Below are positions 10,302 through 20,565 of a stretch of DNA of 64,000 nucleotides, piece by piece; the stretch's first letter is position 1, and each line of letters starts with the position of its first letter. A program made the position numbers and the translations under genes. The stretch is from an uncultured Nitrospinota bacterium. Lineage in GTDB: Bacteria > Tectomicrobia > Entotheonellia > J063 > CAVPRW01. The notes under the pieces are model-generated. The model did no database searches, had not been told where the DNA came from, and was given only the letters and a program-made list of their open reading frames with translations. Where the stretch lies: positions 224,001 to 288,000 of the forward strand of contig CAVPRW010000042.1 of NCBI GenBank assembly GCA_963707985.1, given 5' to 3'.

Positions 10302-11762
10302 ATGATGTGGGCACAGGACCCAGATCGTGGGACGAGCGCTGCTGCCCACCGATCGCCGAGACAGGTGCTCTGCTGGTCGGCGGTCGGCTACAGCCTCATG
10401 GTCCTTGGCACTATCGGCGCCTTTCTCCTTATTCGCGGCTATGGTGAGAGGCTGGTGGCCCCGCCGGCAGCCCCCGTCGCATCGTTCGCCGACGTGACCG
10501 ACCAGCCGGCCTCTGTCCTCTTGCATGTGCTCGTGGCGCTCACGGCCATCATCATCACCGGGCAGCTCCTGGCCAAGCTCTTTGCCTATCTGTGCCAGCC
10601 GTCCGTGATCGGGGAGGTGGTCGCCGGCATTCTGCTCGGGCCCTCGCTGCTCGGCTCGGAGCTCTCGGGGTGGATCCTGCCACCCGGAGTCGCCCCCTTC
10701 CTGGGCCTCATCGCGCAGCTCGGCATCATATTGTATATGTTCATGGTTGGGCTGGAACTCAATGTCAGTCTGCTTACACACCGCGTGCATGCGACCGTGG
10801 CCACATCGCATGCGAGCATCCTCGTACCCTTCCTCCTCGGCACGCTGTTAGCCATAGCGCTGTATCCGCGGCTCTCTGACCGCAGCGTCCCGTTCACCAG
10901 CTTCGCGCTGTTCATGGGCGTGGCCATGTCGATCACCGCCTTTCCCGTGTTGGCGCGGATCCTCACCGACCGCGGCCTGACCCGGACCGAGCTGGGCGTC
11001 ATCGCCCTCGGCTGCGCCGCCACCGACGATGTAACCGCCTGGTGCCTGTTAGCGTTCGTTGTGGGCATCGCCCGGGCGCAGGTCGGCCAAGGGCTCCTGA
11101 TCACGGCTGGGGCGCTCGGCTATATCGCCGCTATGCTGGTGATCGCGCGGCCGCTGCTGCGCCCTGTCGCCGCACGGTGGACCACGGAACCGCTGCCGCG
11201 CGGCGCGGTTGTGGTGGTCTTCGTGGCGTTGCTCCTGTCCGCGCTCACCGCCGAGGTGATTGGCATCCATGCCATCTTCGGTGCCTTCCTGCTCGGGGCA
11301 GTCATTCCCCACGAGAGCGTCGTCGCACGGACCTTGACCCGCCAGCTCGAACACCTCGTCACGATCCTGCTCCTCCCGGCCTTCTTTGCGTTTACCGGGA
11401 TGCGGACGCGGATCGATCTGGTGTCAGGCCTGGACCAGTGGATACTCTGTGCCCTGATCGTCCTGATCGCCACGCTGGGCAAGTGCGGGGGCACACTCGT
11501 CGCCGCCCGCCTAACCGGCATGGGCTGGCGCGCCGCCGCCGCCTTGGGCACATTGATGAATACGCGGGGGCTCATGGAATTGATCGTGCTCAACATCGGG
11601 CTGGACCTTCGGGTCATCTCGCCGACGCTCTTTGCCATGATGGTGGTGATGGCACTGGTGACCACCATGGCCACCGCGCCGGTGCTGTGGTGGTTGCTGC
11701 CACACACGGCACCAGCACCCGCATCGGGGAACGCCAGGGCGACACACCAGGAGCAGACGTGA
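10302..11762 (+). CDS. Cation:proton antiporter (Na+/H+ exchanger family)
   Basis: QPSVIGEVVAGILLGPS, SITAFPVLARIL, AATDDV, LMNTRGLMELIVLNIG; about 12 TM helices. Confidence 0.92.
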   Translation: MMWAQDPDRGTSAAAHRSPRQVLCWSAVGYSLMVLGTIGAFLLIRGYGERLVAPPAAPVASFADVTDQPASVLLHVLVALTAIIITGQLLAKLFAYLCQPSVIGEVVAGILLGPSLLGSELSGWILPPGVAPFLGLIAQLGIILYMFMVGLELNVSLLTHRVHATVATSHASILVPFLLGTLLAIALYPRLSDRSVPFTSFALFMGVAMSITAFPVLARILTDRGLTRTELGVIALGCAATDDVTAWCLLAFVVGIARAQVGQGLLITAGALGYIAAMLVIARPLLRPVAARWTTEPLPRGAVVVVFVALLLSALTAEVIGIHAIFGAFLLGAVIPHESVVARTLTRQLEHLVTILLLPAFFAFTGMRTRIDLVSGLDQWILCALIVLIATLGKCGGTLVAARLTGMGWRAAAALGTLMNTRGLMELIVLNIGLDLRVISPTLFAMMVVMALVTTMATAPVLWWLLPHTAPAPASGNARATHQEQT

Positions 11763-11937
11763 GCTTCTGCCAGCACCCAAAGGCGGCAGGCAGAGGGCCT
11801 ATCCCGTAGTCACCAAGACCGACGAAGATTCTGCTTAATGTGGCGAATGAACCGGGTTCGCTTTCTTATTGACATCGACCATGCTGCGTGGTAAGTGGTA
11901 CCAAGGGACATATGGCGCGGGATTGGAAGATCGAGCC

Positions 11938-13944
11938 ATGCGAGTACGTTTTTGGGGCACGAGAGGCTCAGTTCCAACGCCTGGGCCGGCTACCACCCGA
12001 TTCGGTGGGAACACTTCATGTGTGGAGGTCGTCGCTGCCGACGGCACCTGCGTCGTGCTGGACTGCGGTACCGGCGCGCGTGAGCTTGGCCTGGCCCTAC
12101 TCGCCGAGGGCCCGCCGACGCTCCACATCCTGCTGACCCACACCCACTGGGACCACATCCAAGGCTTTCCCTTCTTCGCCCCTGCCTACCTCCCTGGCGC
12201 TATTGTGAACGTTTATGCCACGTCGGGCCTGGAGCGTACCTTGGAGGAAGCCCTCTCGGGGCAGATGCAGCACACCTATTTCCCAGTTCGCCTCAGCGAG
12301 CTCAGGGCCCAGATCGCCGTGCACGAAGTGGGGGAAGGCACATTCCGGGTTGGGGAGATCACGATCCGCACACAGTATCTCAACCATACCTCCCCCTGCC
12401 TGGGCTACCGCCTGGAAGCGGGGGGCGTCAGCGTCGTCTACGCCACTGACCACGAGCCGTTCTGGTGGGAAGGACCAAAGGCGGCCCCCGCTGAGCGACT
12501 GCTCCATCCGGGGGATCGCCGCCACGTCGAGTGGATGGCTGGCGCTGACTTGGTGATCCACGACGGGCAGTTCACCGATGCCGAGTATCCCGCTAAGCGC
12601 AACTGGGGCCACAGCTCGGTCGAGTATGCCACCGATCTGGCCATCCTAGCCGGCGTCAAGCGCTTGGTCTTATTCCATCACGACCCAACCCGTGCGGACC
12701 AAGTGGTGGCCCGCATGGCCCAGCGCATGCTCCGCCGGGCACGCAAGCAGGGCTCTAACCTGGACATCATCGCTGCGGCTGAGGGGTTGGACCTCGAGTT
12801 GCCAGAATCAGCTGCGTCCCAACCGGGCATCGTGGATGGCACACGACCGGTCGTCACCCATGGGTGCAGCGTCATGCTGGCTGGAGGTGATGAAGCAGAG
12901 CTCGCGGCGGTGCGGCGGGCACTGGAGCCCGACGGCTATCGCTTCGTTCTTGCCGGAGCTGTAGACCACCTGGGTGACGAGTTGGCTCGAGAACGCCCGG
13001 ACTTGCTCATCCTGGCTCCAAGGCTGGACGAAGACTCACCGGTCGCACTGGCCCAGCGGGTACGCACGGGTAGCATGGTGGGCAACCTACCCATCATCAT
13101 ACCGGCCCGCGAGGTTGGCCCGGACGCGGCGGGACTGCTCAGTCTCGGCACGGACATTGTCCTTCGCCCGTGGTCAGCCCCGATGCTCCGGGCACGCCTC
13201 AGAGCCTGGCTGGGTCGCTCGGCCCTCCTCCAGCCAGCACGGCCGGTGCGGACAATCAGACGCTCGCTCTCCACCGGCCAGCAGCTCCCAGCCCTCTTCC
13301 GCGGCCTGCCCCCCCGTGCATTGGCGCTCTTCCTCGACAGCTGCCGCCCAGTTCGTCTACGGCCCGGTGAAGTGCTAGTCCATGAAAACCAGCAGGCTTC
13401 CGGTGTATATTTGCTCCGCACCGGAACGGTGTCGATCTCTATCACCGGGCCAAACGGGCGGCAGATTCACTTTGGCACGGCCGGACCAGGTGATCCCATT
13501 GGTGAACTGGCCGCCCTGGGGGGTGGCCGTCATAGCGCCACGGTCATCGCGCTGCGCTCAGTCATGGCTGACTATGTACCACAGGACGCCTTCCTCGCCA
13601 TCTTGGCCGCATCGCCGGAGGTCATGCTGCGACTATTGCGCTTGCTGACGACACGCCTGCGCATCACCGACACGCGGGCTGTGGAGCTAGCGTCCACCGG
13701 GTTGTACAACCGTGTGATCCAGCTTTTGCTCGAGGGGAGCGGTTATGCCGCCGGACCAACTGGTTTGGACGCCGCTTCCCTGGCCCGCCGCGTGGAGGAC
13801 GGCTGCGAGACGCTGGGCCGCGCCGTGATGCTGCTCGAAGCGCAGGGCTTGGTCCGTACTGGCCCCAAGGGGGTCGAGGTCTTGGACCCGCAGGGTCTAC
13901 GCCGACTCATCGGACAAGATGACGTCGCCAGCAGCCAGAGCTAA
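11938..13944 (+). CDS. MBL-fold metallo-hydrolase fused to pseudo-receiver and Crp-like cNMP-binding/HTH domains
   Basis: MRVRFWGTRGS, HTHWDH, WGHS, FHHDP; REC-like segment PDLLILA lacks the acceptor Asp; cNMP cassette IGELAALGGGRHSATV; C-terminal HTH-like LEAQGLV. Confidence 0.85.
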   Translation: MRVRFWGTRGSVPTPGPATTRFGGNTSCVEVVAADGTCVVLDCGTGARELGLALLAEGPPTLHILLTHTHWDHIQGFPFFAPAYLPGAIVNVYATSGLERTLEEALSGQMQHTYFPVRLSELRAQIAVHEVGEGTFRVGEITIRTQYLNHTSPCLGYRLEAGGVSVVYATDHEPFWWEGPKAAPAERLLHPGDRRHVEWMAGADLVIHDGQFTDAEYPAKRNWGHSSVEYATDLAILAGVKRLVLFHHDPTRADQVVARMAQRMLRRARKQGSNLDIIAAAEGLDLELPESAASQPGIVDGTRPVVTHGCSVMLAGGDEAELAAVRRALEPDGYRFVLAGAVDHLGDELARERPDLLILAPRLDEDSPVALAQRVRTGSMVGNLPIIIPAREVGPDAAGLLSLGTDIVLRPWSAPMLRARLRAWLGRSALLQPARPVRTIRRSLSTGQQLPALFRGLPPRALALFLDSCRPVRLRPGEVLVHENQQASGVYLLRTGTVSISITGPNGRQIHFGTAGPGDPIGELAALGGGRHSATVIALRSVMADYVPQDAFLAILAASPEVMLRLLRLLTTRLRITDTRAVELASTGLYNRVIQLLLEGSGYAAGPTGLDAASLARRVEDGCETLGRAVMLLEAQGLVRTGPKGVEVLDPQGLRRLIGQDDVASSQS

Positions 13945-14277
13945 GGTTTCTGTCCCCCGTAGCAAAGCATGGCAGAGAGCTGTGTGAGGTGGCAAACTCC
14001 CGCACCTCAGCCAGCCGATGTTAACACCCCACGTCGACCACACCCTTCAAGCCTTCCTGCCGGAATAGCCGCCGGAACCACGGCAATCCTTCTGCCATGG
14101 CACGCATGCTGTCATCCCCGACCACTAGCCGAGATCAGAACGCTTGACGAATGAACGAGGACAGGTTCTGTGCCTCCCGCATCATTTGGCTACATGTCGT
14201 TGGGGTCTCGCAGAATGTCCAACTCCTCAGCGAGGGCAATGAGGTTGTCCAATTGGCCCGAGAGGCACACGTTTTTG

Positions 14278-14307
14278 TTGACATATATGTGCACGCTGAT
14301 GTATACT
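14278..14307 (+). promoter_or_regulatory. Sigma70-type promoter
   Basis: TTGACA (14278-83) - 18 nt - TATACT (14302-07). Confidence 0.55.
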
Positions 14308-14559
14308 AGGACAAAATCATTATCTAAAATTGTGGAGAGACGATCCGCTCATCCTTAAAGCCGTGAGGCAAGATGAGCACACTACGATTAAGAGTCAGTT
14401 AGTCGCTCACCCCAACAACGTAGTGAATGTTTGAAACGGCTTGAAATTTAAGCGAACCATGCAATACAAGGCTGACGTTACGGTTATTGGCCCACTCAAG
14501 AGATGAAGCTCTCGCCAGAGGATGAGGAGAAGTTCCGAGGATCCGAAGAAAAGGGTCTG

Positions 14560-14850
14560 TCATAGGTTGTCATCCCGTACTACCCAAGGACTGCTTGCCG
14601 CGTGCCGATTTCTAGGGGCATCTCTTTGAGCTTACCCCAGCAACACTGCGTATTCCACCAAATGAACGATGCTATAGGTGCCTTTGGCAAAGATGATCAT
14701 CTTGTCATGCGTCTCCTTGCGCAGCGAGTGCATCCAGCGCTATCCACTGCCGCAGGGCCTTCCCACTACCCCTTATGCGCACGGCTAGCAGTATACAGTG
14801 GCGAGGGCCAACATGATCAATGTGAATACAACGCGCACCCGCAGGTCATC
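14560..14850 (-). mobile_element. Degenerate DDE transposase C-terminal relic
   Basis: Translation VRVVFTLIMLALATVY..RW..DKMIIFAKGTYSIVHLVEYAVLLG/KLKEMPLEIGTRQAVL with several stops and a frameshift; resembles transposase tails recalled from Entotheonella-like genomes. Confidence 0.5.
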
Positions 14851-15023
14851 AGGGTGTGCCACATCCCACGACAACCTCTGCTCCAAGTTCTGCGTAAACC
14901 CATCCCGAGTGCCTCCCATGGTCCACCCCCCTCCGCTGCATGCCTCTCGGTAATAATGAAAATCAGCCCCCAAGCAAGGCCGCAGGCACTGGGGAGTTGG
15001 GGCAGCTATCAAAAAAGGAGGTG

Positions 15024-15065
15024 AGCGATGAGGAGAAAGCGATGAGGAGAAAGCGATGAGGAGAA
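15024..15065 (+). repeat. Perfect 14-bp tandem repeat x3 (AGCGATGAGGAGAA) over a translation start
   Basis: Copies at 15024, 15038 and 15052; each contains ATG and AGGAG. Confidence 0.95.
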
Positions 15066-18000
15066 GATGTTTATCTCCTTTACACTTGATCGCGTGGATC
15101 AGCTTCTCCACAGTCTTGCTATCCCCAGATGCGTCTCCTGCAGCGACGCCGGAGCAATGGATTGCCAGAGCGGTTTCAGTGCAAGGAACGGTAGAGTCGA
15201 GAAAAGTGGACGAACCGCTGTGGCAACCGGTGAAATTACAGGACACATTCCTCCCCGGTGATACGATTCGGGTGCTAGAAAAAAGCCGGGCATCCGTGGC
15301 CTTGCTTGACCAATCGGTGCTCCGGCTGAATGTGAATACGACGTTGACTTTCAAGGCCGTGAAGGAGGAACGAACCTCCGTGGTAGATCTGTTCAAAGGA
15401 GCCGCACATTTCTTGAGCCGTGGTCCCCGCAGTCTGGATGTGCAGACTCCCTTTACCACTGCAGGTATCAGGGGCACCGAATTCTTCATCAGTGTCGAGG
15501 CTGACAAGACCTTCCTGTCGATATTTGAAGGCACGGTGGTGGCTGAGAACCCGGCCGGAAGCCTGGCGCTCACCAGTGGGCAATCGGCCGTGGCCGAGGC
15601 GGGCAAAGCGCCTATGCTGCGGATCGTGGCACATCCCCGCGATGCTGTCCAGTGGGCCTTGTACTATCCGCCCGTCGTCTATGTTCGCCCGGATGAATTT
15701 GCAGTCGGACCAGCTTGGCAGGGGATGGTTCGACAATCGATGGCGTTATATTGGCGGGGAGATCTCCAGGGGGCTTTCGATAGCATTGCAAATGTTCCGG
15801 AGGATATCCGCGACCCGCGCTTTTTCACCTATCGTGCCTCACTGCTGCTGGCCGTAGGCCGCTTACATGAGGCTGATGTGGATATCGAGCGGGCGCTGAC
15901 ACTGGCTCCGAGCGACAGCGATGCCCTGGCGCTGCTAGCGATCATCGCCATCGTGCAGAACGACAACGACAAAGCGCTCGCTGTCGCACAAAAAGCCGTC
16001 GCGTCAGCTCCTCACTCGGCGACGGCGTTCATCGCCCTCTCCTATGCCCAGCAGGCCAAGTTCGACTTGGAAGGTGCACGAGCAAGTCTGGAAAAGGCGG
16101 TGCAACTCGACCCCAAAAATGCGCTGGCATGGGCCCGACTGTCTGAGCTCTGGGCGTCCTTCGGCCGTCTGGATCGAGCCCTCACCGCAGCTCAGAAGGC
16201 GGTAGCACTGGAGCCTGATCTGTCAAGAACCCAGACAGTACTCGGGTACGCTTACCTGATGCAGGTCAGGACGAAACAGGCCAGTGATGCCTTTGCCAAA
16301 GCGATTGCGCTTGATCAGGCGGATCCCTTGCCGCGGCTGGGCTTGGGTTTGGCGCAGATCCGGGACGGGCATCTCGGTGAGGGAGGCCGAGATATCGAGA
16401 TCGCCGCCAGCCTGGACCCCAACAACTCTCTCGTGCGCAGCTATCTCGGTAAGACCTATTACGAAGAGAAACGCCTGCCATTGGATGAGCGCGAGTATGC
16501 CATCGCTAAGGCACTGGACCCCAAAGATCCTACCCCATGGTTCTACGATGCGATTGCGAAACAGACCACGAATCGACCGGTGGAGGCCCTGCACAATTTG
16601 CAAAAATCTATCGATCTCAACGACAACCGGGCCGTCTTCCGCTCGCGGTTGTTGCTCGATGCGGACCTGGCAGCGCGCAGCGCCAGCCTGGGCCGGATAT
16701 ATGCCGATCTGGGCTTCCAGCAGCTGGCCCTGGTGGAGGGTTGGAAATCGGTCAACACTGATCCAACGAACTTTTCCGCCCACCGGTTCCTGGCCGATTC
16801 GTATGCTGTCTTACCCCGCCACGAGATCGCGCAGAGTCAGCGAGCTGCTCCAGTCGCAGCTGCTGCAGCCCATCAACATCACGCCCATTCAGCCTCGCCT
16901 CGCCGTCAGCAACCTGTTCCTGATCAGCGCCGCAGGCCCTGGGGCTCTCTCCTTTAACGAGTTCAACCCCCTGTTCAACCGCAATCGACTCGCCCTGCAG
17001 GCGAGCGGCCTCGCCGGTGATAATAGCACGTATGGTGGAGAAGGGATCGTCTCAGGCATCTACAACAGGGCGTCCTTCAGCATCGGTGGCTCGCACTTTA
17101 GCACAGATGGGTTCCGATTCAACGATGATCAAAGCGATAACCTCGCGAACGCCTTTGTGCAGTTCGAACTGACACCCAGCACCAGCGTTCAGGCCGAGTA
17201 TCAATACAGAAATGTCGAGAGAGGCGATCTTCGGCTGAGATTCTTCCCGGAAGACTTCTTTCGTGGCTTGAGAACGAACATCGAGACGAACACCTACCGC
17301 ATGGGGTTGCGGCACGCTTTTGTCCCAGAGTCGATTCTCCTTGGCTCGTTTATCTACCAAGCGGCAGAGATTAGCGACCAGCTTAGTCAAAGCGGCCCAC
17401 TCCAAAAAACTGAGGTCCAGACGCCTCAAAATGCTTTTAGTGGGGAGGTTCAACATCTGTTCCGTTCGCGCTATGTTGACACGGTGAGTGGAATAGGATC
17501 ATTCAATATCAATGGAACACTAGAAACGACCCTTGATTTTCAATCGATGCTTATTCCCAGGCCTCCGCCGCTACCGCCAGTGATCATACCTGCCCGGAGA
17601 ATTTCCCAAGAAGTAGCCGCAGATATCCATCACACTGATCTTTATGTGTATTCCTACCTCAAGCCTGTACAAAATCTGACATTTACCGTAGGCGCCAGTG
17701 AAGACATCGTGAACACGAATAAATTGAATTTACAGGACACCTCTCAGTTTAACCCCAAACTCGGCATCTTATGGAACCCTTTTCCTAGTACTACCGTGCG
17801 TGGAGCTGCTTTCAAGACTTTGAAGAGAACGCTCATTACGGACCAGACGCTTGAACCGACACAGGTGGCCGGCTTTAATCAGTTCTTTGATGATTTCAAT
17901 GGAACGCAGGCATGGCGCTACGGGGGCGCTGTCGATCAGAAATTTACGCCAAACATATCCGGTGGCGTAGAATACTCCCAGAGGGATCTGTCAGTGCCAT

Positions 18001-18470
18001 TTTTTGATACCAGTCTTAGATTTCGAGAGGAAGACCAGAACGAATATCTAAGTCGTGCCTACCTTTTCTGGACACCCCATGCATGGCTGGCCCTCAGAGC
18101 GGAATATATGTATGAGCGATTCACAAGTGAGGGATTGACTGATCAGCCGAAGGATCTAGATACACAACGCGTTCCCTTGGGGATTAATTTTTTTCACCCA
18201 TCTGGCTTGAGCACCTTCTTGAAAGTAACGTATTTCAATCAAGATGGTAATTTTAGGTTGAACAGCGGAATTTTTCGCTCTGGGAAGGACGACTTCTGGG
18301 TAGTCGATCTGGGAGTCGGTTATCGTCTCCCGAAGCGATATGGTTTCATCACTGTTGGCGCTCTCAATCTCTTTGACGAAAAGTTCAAGTTTTTTGACAG
18401 GGATATTAAGAATTCAAGCATACAACCCAATAGACTGTCATTTATTCGAATAACACTTGCGTTGCCATAA
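15056..18470 (+). CDS. FecR-TPR-TonB-dependent-receptor-like outer-membrane protein (1-bp frameshift near 16832)
   Basis: Signal peptide; FecR motifs (GDTIRV, VQTPFTTAGIRGTEF); multiple TPRs; HEIA|RVSELLQSQLLQP split across frames; barrel motifs FNPKLGILW, VDLGVGYRL, GALNLFD. Confidence 0.85.
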
Positions 18471-18552
18471 TGATCATTATGGATATTCATTGGAGATTAT
18501 AGGGTAGTTTTTTAGGTTTATTGACATTTAAAAGGGGTATTAGAAAGGAAAA

Positions 18553-18582
18553 TTCACATCACCATGCGGAGTATGGTATAAT
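18553..18582 (+). promoter_or_regulatory. Extended -10 sigma70 promoter upstream of the Cys-rich gene
   Basis: TTCACA (18553-58) - 18 nt - TATAAT (18577-82), with TG at 18574-75 giving TGnTATAAT, in an AT-rich intergenic region. Confidence 0.6.
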
Positions 18583-18648
18583 CGTGAAAGTCACTACGGT
18601 GTTCCATACACAAACTGAGTACGATGAGACGGCAACGAAAAGGGGTAA

Positions 18649-19425
18649 ATGATGCTGAAGCGATTGCTGCTGGCTGGCCTGCTGGTGGTGAGCGTGGTTC
18701 TGATGTGGGGAGCTGAGGTTCATGCCGGGTGCATACCACTTGGAAATGGAGATCAAATTTGCGACGACTGGATCACTGGTAGCGAAATTTGCCTCGTAAC
18801 AGTTATTACCAAGGGGACAACTAGTGAAGGTAAAAGCACGAACCTAGACTGCAGTGAGGACGATTGCGAGGTTACGTGCACGGTCTCTGGCACCGTGGAG
18901 AGTGGCAAGTCGACGAAGACCGCTGAGTCATGGCAAGGGAAGCCCTGCATGCCAGGAGATAGCAATTGTGGCATTCTCGGGTTCGCTTTTTGTGAACAGT
19001 CAACAAATGGGGGGAGTTTCAATACCTCTGGGGTCGCTTCTGGCGACAATGACGATGACAAGGGTGGCTCGCGTGTTGTTCGCCAACAACTCATTCTGAC
19101 TCCTAAGAATACACATCTCCCGCTGCAGGCCGAGGACCAGATCCCCAGCAAGCATTGTCAGCCGAAGAAAAATGGCGGCGCCATCTGTCAGACGAGTCTC
19201 GAGGTCGATCCAGAAGAGTGCGAAAACTGTTGCAAAAAGGGCGATTTCATCACGTTTACGGCACAAGTATTTTTCGCACAGGTACGAATCTGCCCGAGTG
19301 AGAAACAGCATAAGAACTGTGTCACCATTACTGAGCGATGCAGCATAGACTCGGACAGCATCCGCTTTGGGAAATCGAAGCCGTATAGCTGCGAACTCAT
19401 TGAGCTCGAGGATGGTATGAAGTGA
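18649..19425 (+). CDS. Secreted cysteine-rich hypothetical protein (18 Cys in mature part)
   Basis: Sec signal MMLKRLLLAGLLVVSVVLMWGAEVHA; 18 cysteines counted; no family recognised. Confidence 0.8.
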   Translation: MMLKRLLLAGLLVVSVVLMWGAEVHAGCIPLGNGDQICDDWITGSEICLVTVITKGTTSEGKSTNLDCSEDDCEVTCTVSGTVESGKSTKTAESWQGKPCMPGDSNCGILGFAFCEQSTNGGSFNTSGVASGDNDDDKGGSRVVRQQLILTPKNTHLPLQAEDQIPSKHCQPKKNGGAICQTSLEVDPEECENCCKKGDFITFTAQVFFAQVRICPSEKQHKNCVTITERCSIDSDSIRFGKSKPYSCELIELEDGMK

Positions 19426-19483
19426 TCAGCATGCCGTAAAAATTGGCGTGCGCCCATGCCAGTATACTGCAGGGAATGAGGTA

Positions 19484-19945
19484 ATGGTCGATCGGTCCTG
19501 GGCCTTGATGGCATGCCTGCTACTCGTTTTCACCACAACCTGCTCTCAAGCCGCCGATGAAGCCATCGGCCAGATCAAAACGCTGACAGGTGAGGTGTAT
19601 ATTTTGCGCCAGAACCTCAAGCGACCGGCCGAAGCCGGCGACCGGTTGGAAGCGGCAGACACGATTGTCACCGGGCCAGATGGCAGTGTTGGCATTACCT
19701 TCATCGATAATTCCCGCTTCTCAGCTGGGCCGCGGAGTCGCATCGAGCTGGAACAGTTCCAGTTCGACCCGACAACCTACGATGGTGCGTTCTCCGCCAC
19801 ACTGCAACAGGGCACTCTCGCCATTGTCTCCGGCCATATCGCTGAGCGCTCCCCGGCGGCGATGAAGGTGCGCACCCCGACCACGATCCTCGGCGTGCGC
19901 GGAACAAAGGTCCTGATACAGGTTAAGGAAGACAAAGTGCGCTGA
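19484..19945 (+). CDS. Stand-alone FecR-domain periplasmic protein
   Basis: Signal peptide; DTIVTGPDGSVGITFIDNSRFSAGPRS, VRTPTTILGVRGT. Confidence 0.88.
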   Translation: MVDRSWALMACLLLVFTTTCSQAADEAIGQIKTLTGEVYILRQNLKRPAEAGDRLEAADTIVTGPDGSVGITFIDNSRFSAGPRSRIELEQFQFDPTTYDGAFSATLQQGTLAIVSGHIAERSPAAMKVRTPTTILGVRGTKVLIQVKEDKVR

Positions 19946-19953
19946 GGAAGACT

Positions 19954-20565
19954 GTGATGAGCGCCCACAAGCGGCACATGTTCTATGGTAAGGCGTGGGT
20001 ATTCGCCATGCTGTTGACGGCCTGCAGCACGACCAGGGAGCTCGTCGTTTTACTACCGGAAGAGGATGGAACACACGGCAGCCTCGCGATCGGTGAGGGC
20101 GATCGCTCGGTCATCATCAGTGATCCGATGGTCGCAGCAAGAATCGACCGGCGGGGTCGAATGAAGCAGGAGATGATCACCCCAGGGGAGGTCGATCACA
20201 TTTTCGCGGCAGCTCTTGCCGCTCAGCCTCCCAAACCGATCAGCTTCATCCTGTATTTCGAAGAAGGCAAAACTCAAGTGATGCCGGAGTCCCAAGCGAA
20301 CCTGGCAGCACTGTTCGCCGAGGTTGCCGGCCGCCAACCTGTGGAAGTGCAGATTACCGGGCATACCGATCGCGTGGGGAGCGTTGCCGACAACGACCAC
20401 CTGTCACTTGCAAGAGCGCAGGCCGTGCGGGATATGCTAGGACAACTGGGGCTGCGTTCGGACTTTATTCGCGCTGTTGGGCGGGGAGAACGCGAGCCAT
20501 TAGTTCCCACGCCGGATGAGCAACCGGAACCGAGGAACCGACGCGTAGAGGTGATTGTGCGCTAG
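19954..20565 (+). CDS. OmpA-family peptidoglycan-binding lipoprotein
   Basis: Lipobox LLTAC; ITGHTDRVGS, LSLARAQAV, GRGEREP, RNRRVEV. Confidence 0.92.
   Translation: MMSAHKRHMFYGKAWVFAMLLTACSTTRELVVLLPEEDGTHGSLAIGEGDRSVIISDPMVAARIDRRGRMKQEMITPGEVDHIFAAALAAQPPKPISFILYFEEGKTQVMPESQANLAALFAEVAGRQPVEVQITGHTDRVGSVADNDHLSLARAQAVRDMLGQLGLRSDFIRAVGRGEREPLVPTPDEQPEPRNRRVEVIVR

Noticed and set aside
14083..14097. Sigma54-like TGGCAG-N5-TTGC on the minus strand
   Set aside because: Points into the 3' end of the MBL-Crp gene with no credible downstream ORF; single short match
14020..14100. Possible methyltransferase fragment on the minus strand (LPWFRRLFRQEGLKGVVDVGC)
   Set aside because: Too short and bounded by stops to support by eye
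14347..14445. HEARO/omega-RNA because of the ACTACG motif
   Set aside because: Other hallmark segments not seen and no IscB/TnpB ORF follows
15024..15065. CRISPR-like array
   Set aside because: Head-to-tail 14-mers with no spacers; no cas genes or repeat-spacer array seen anywhere in the window
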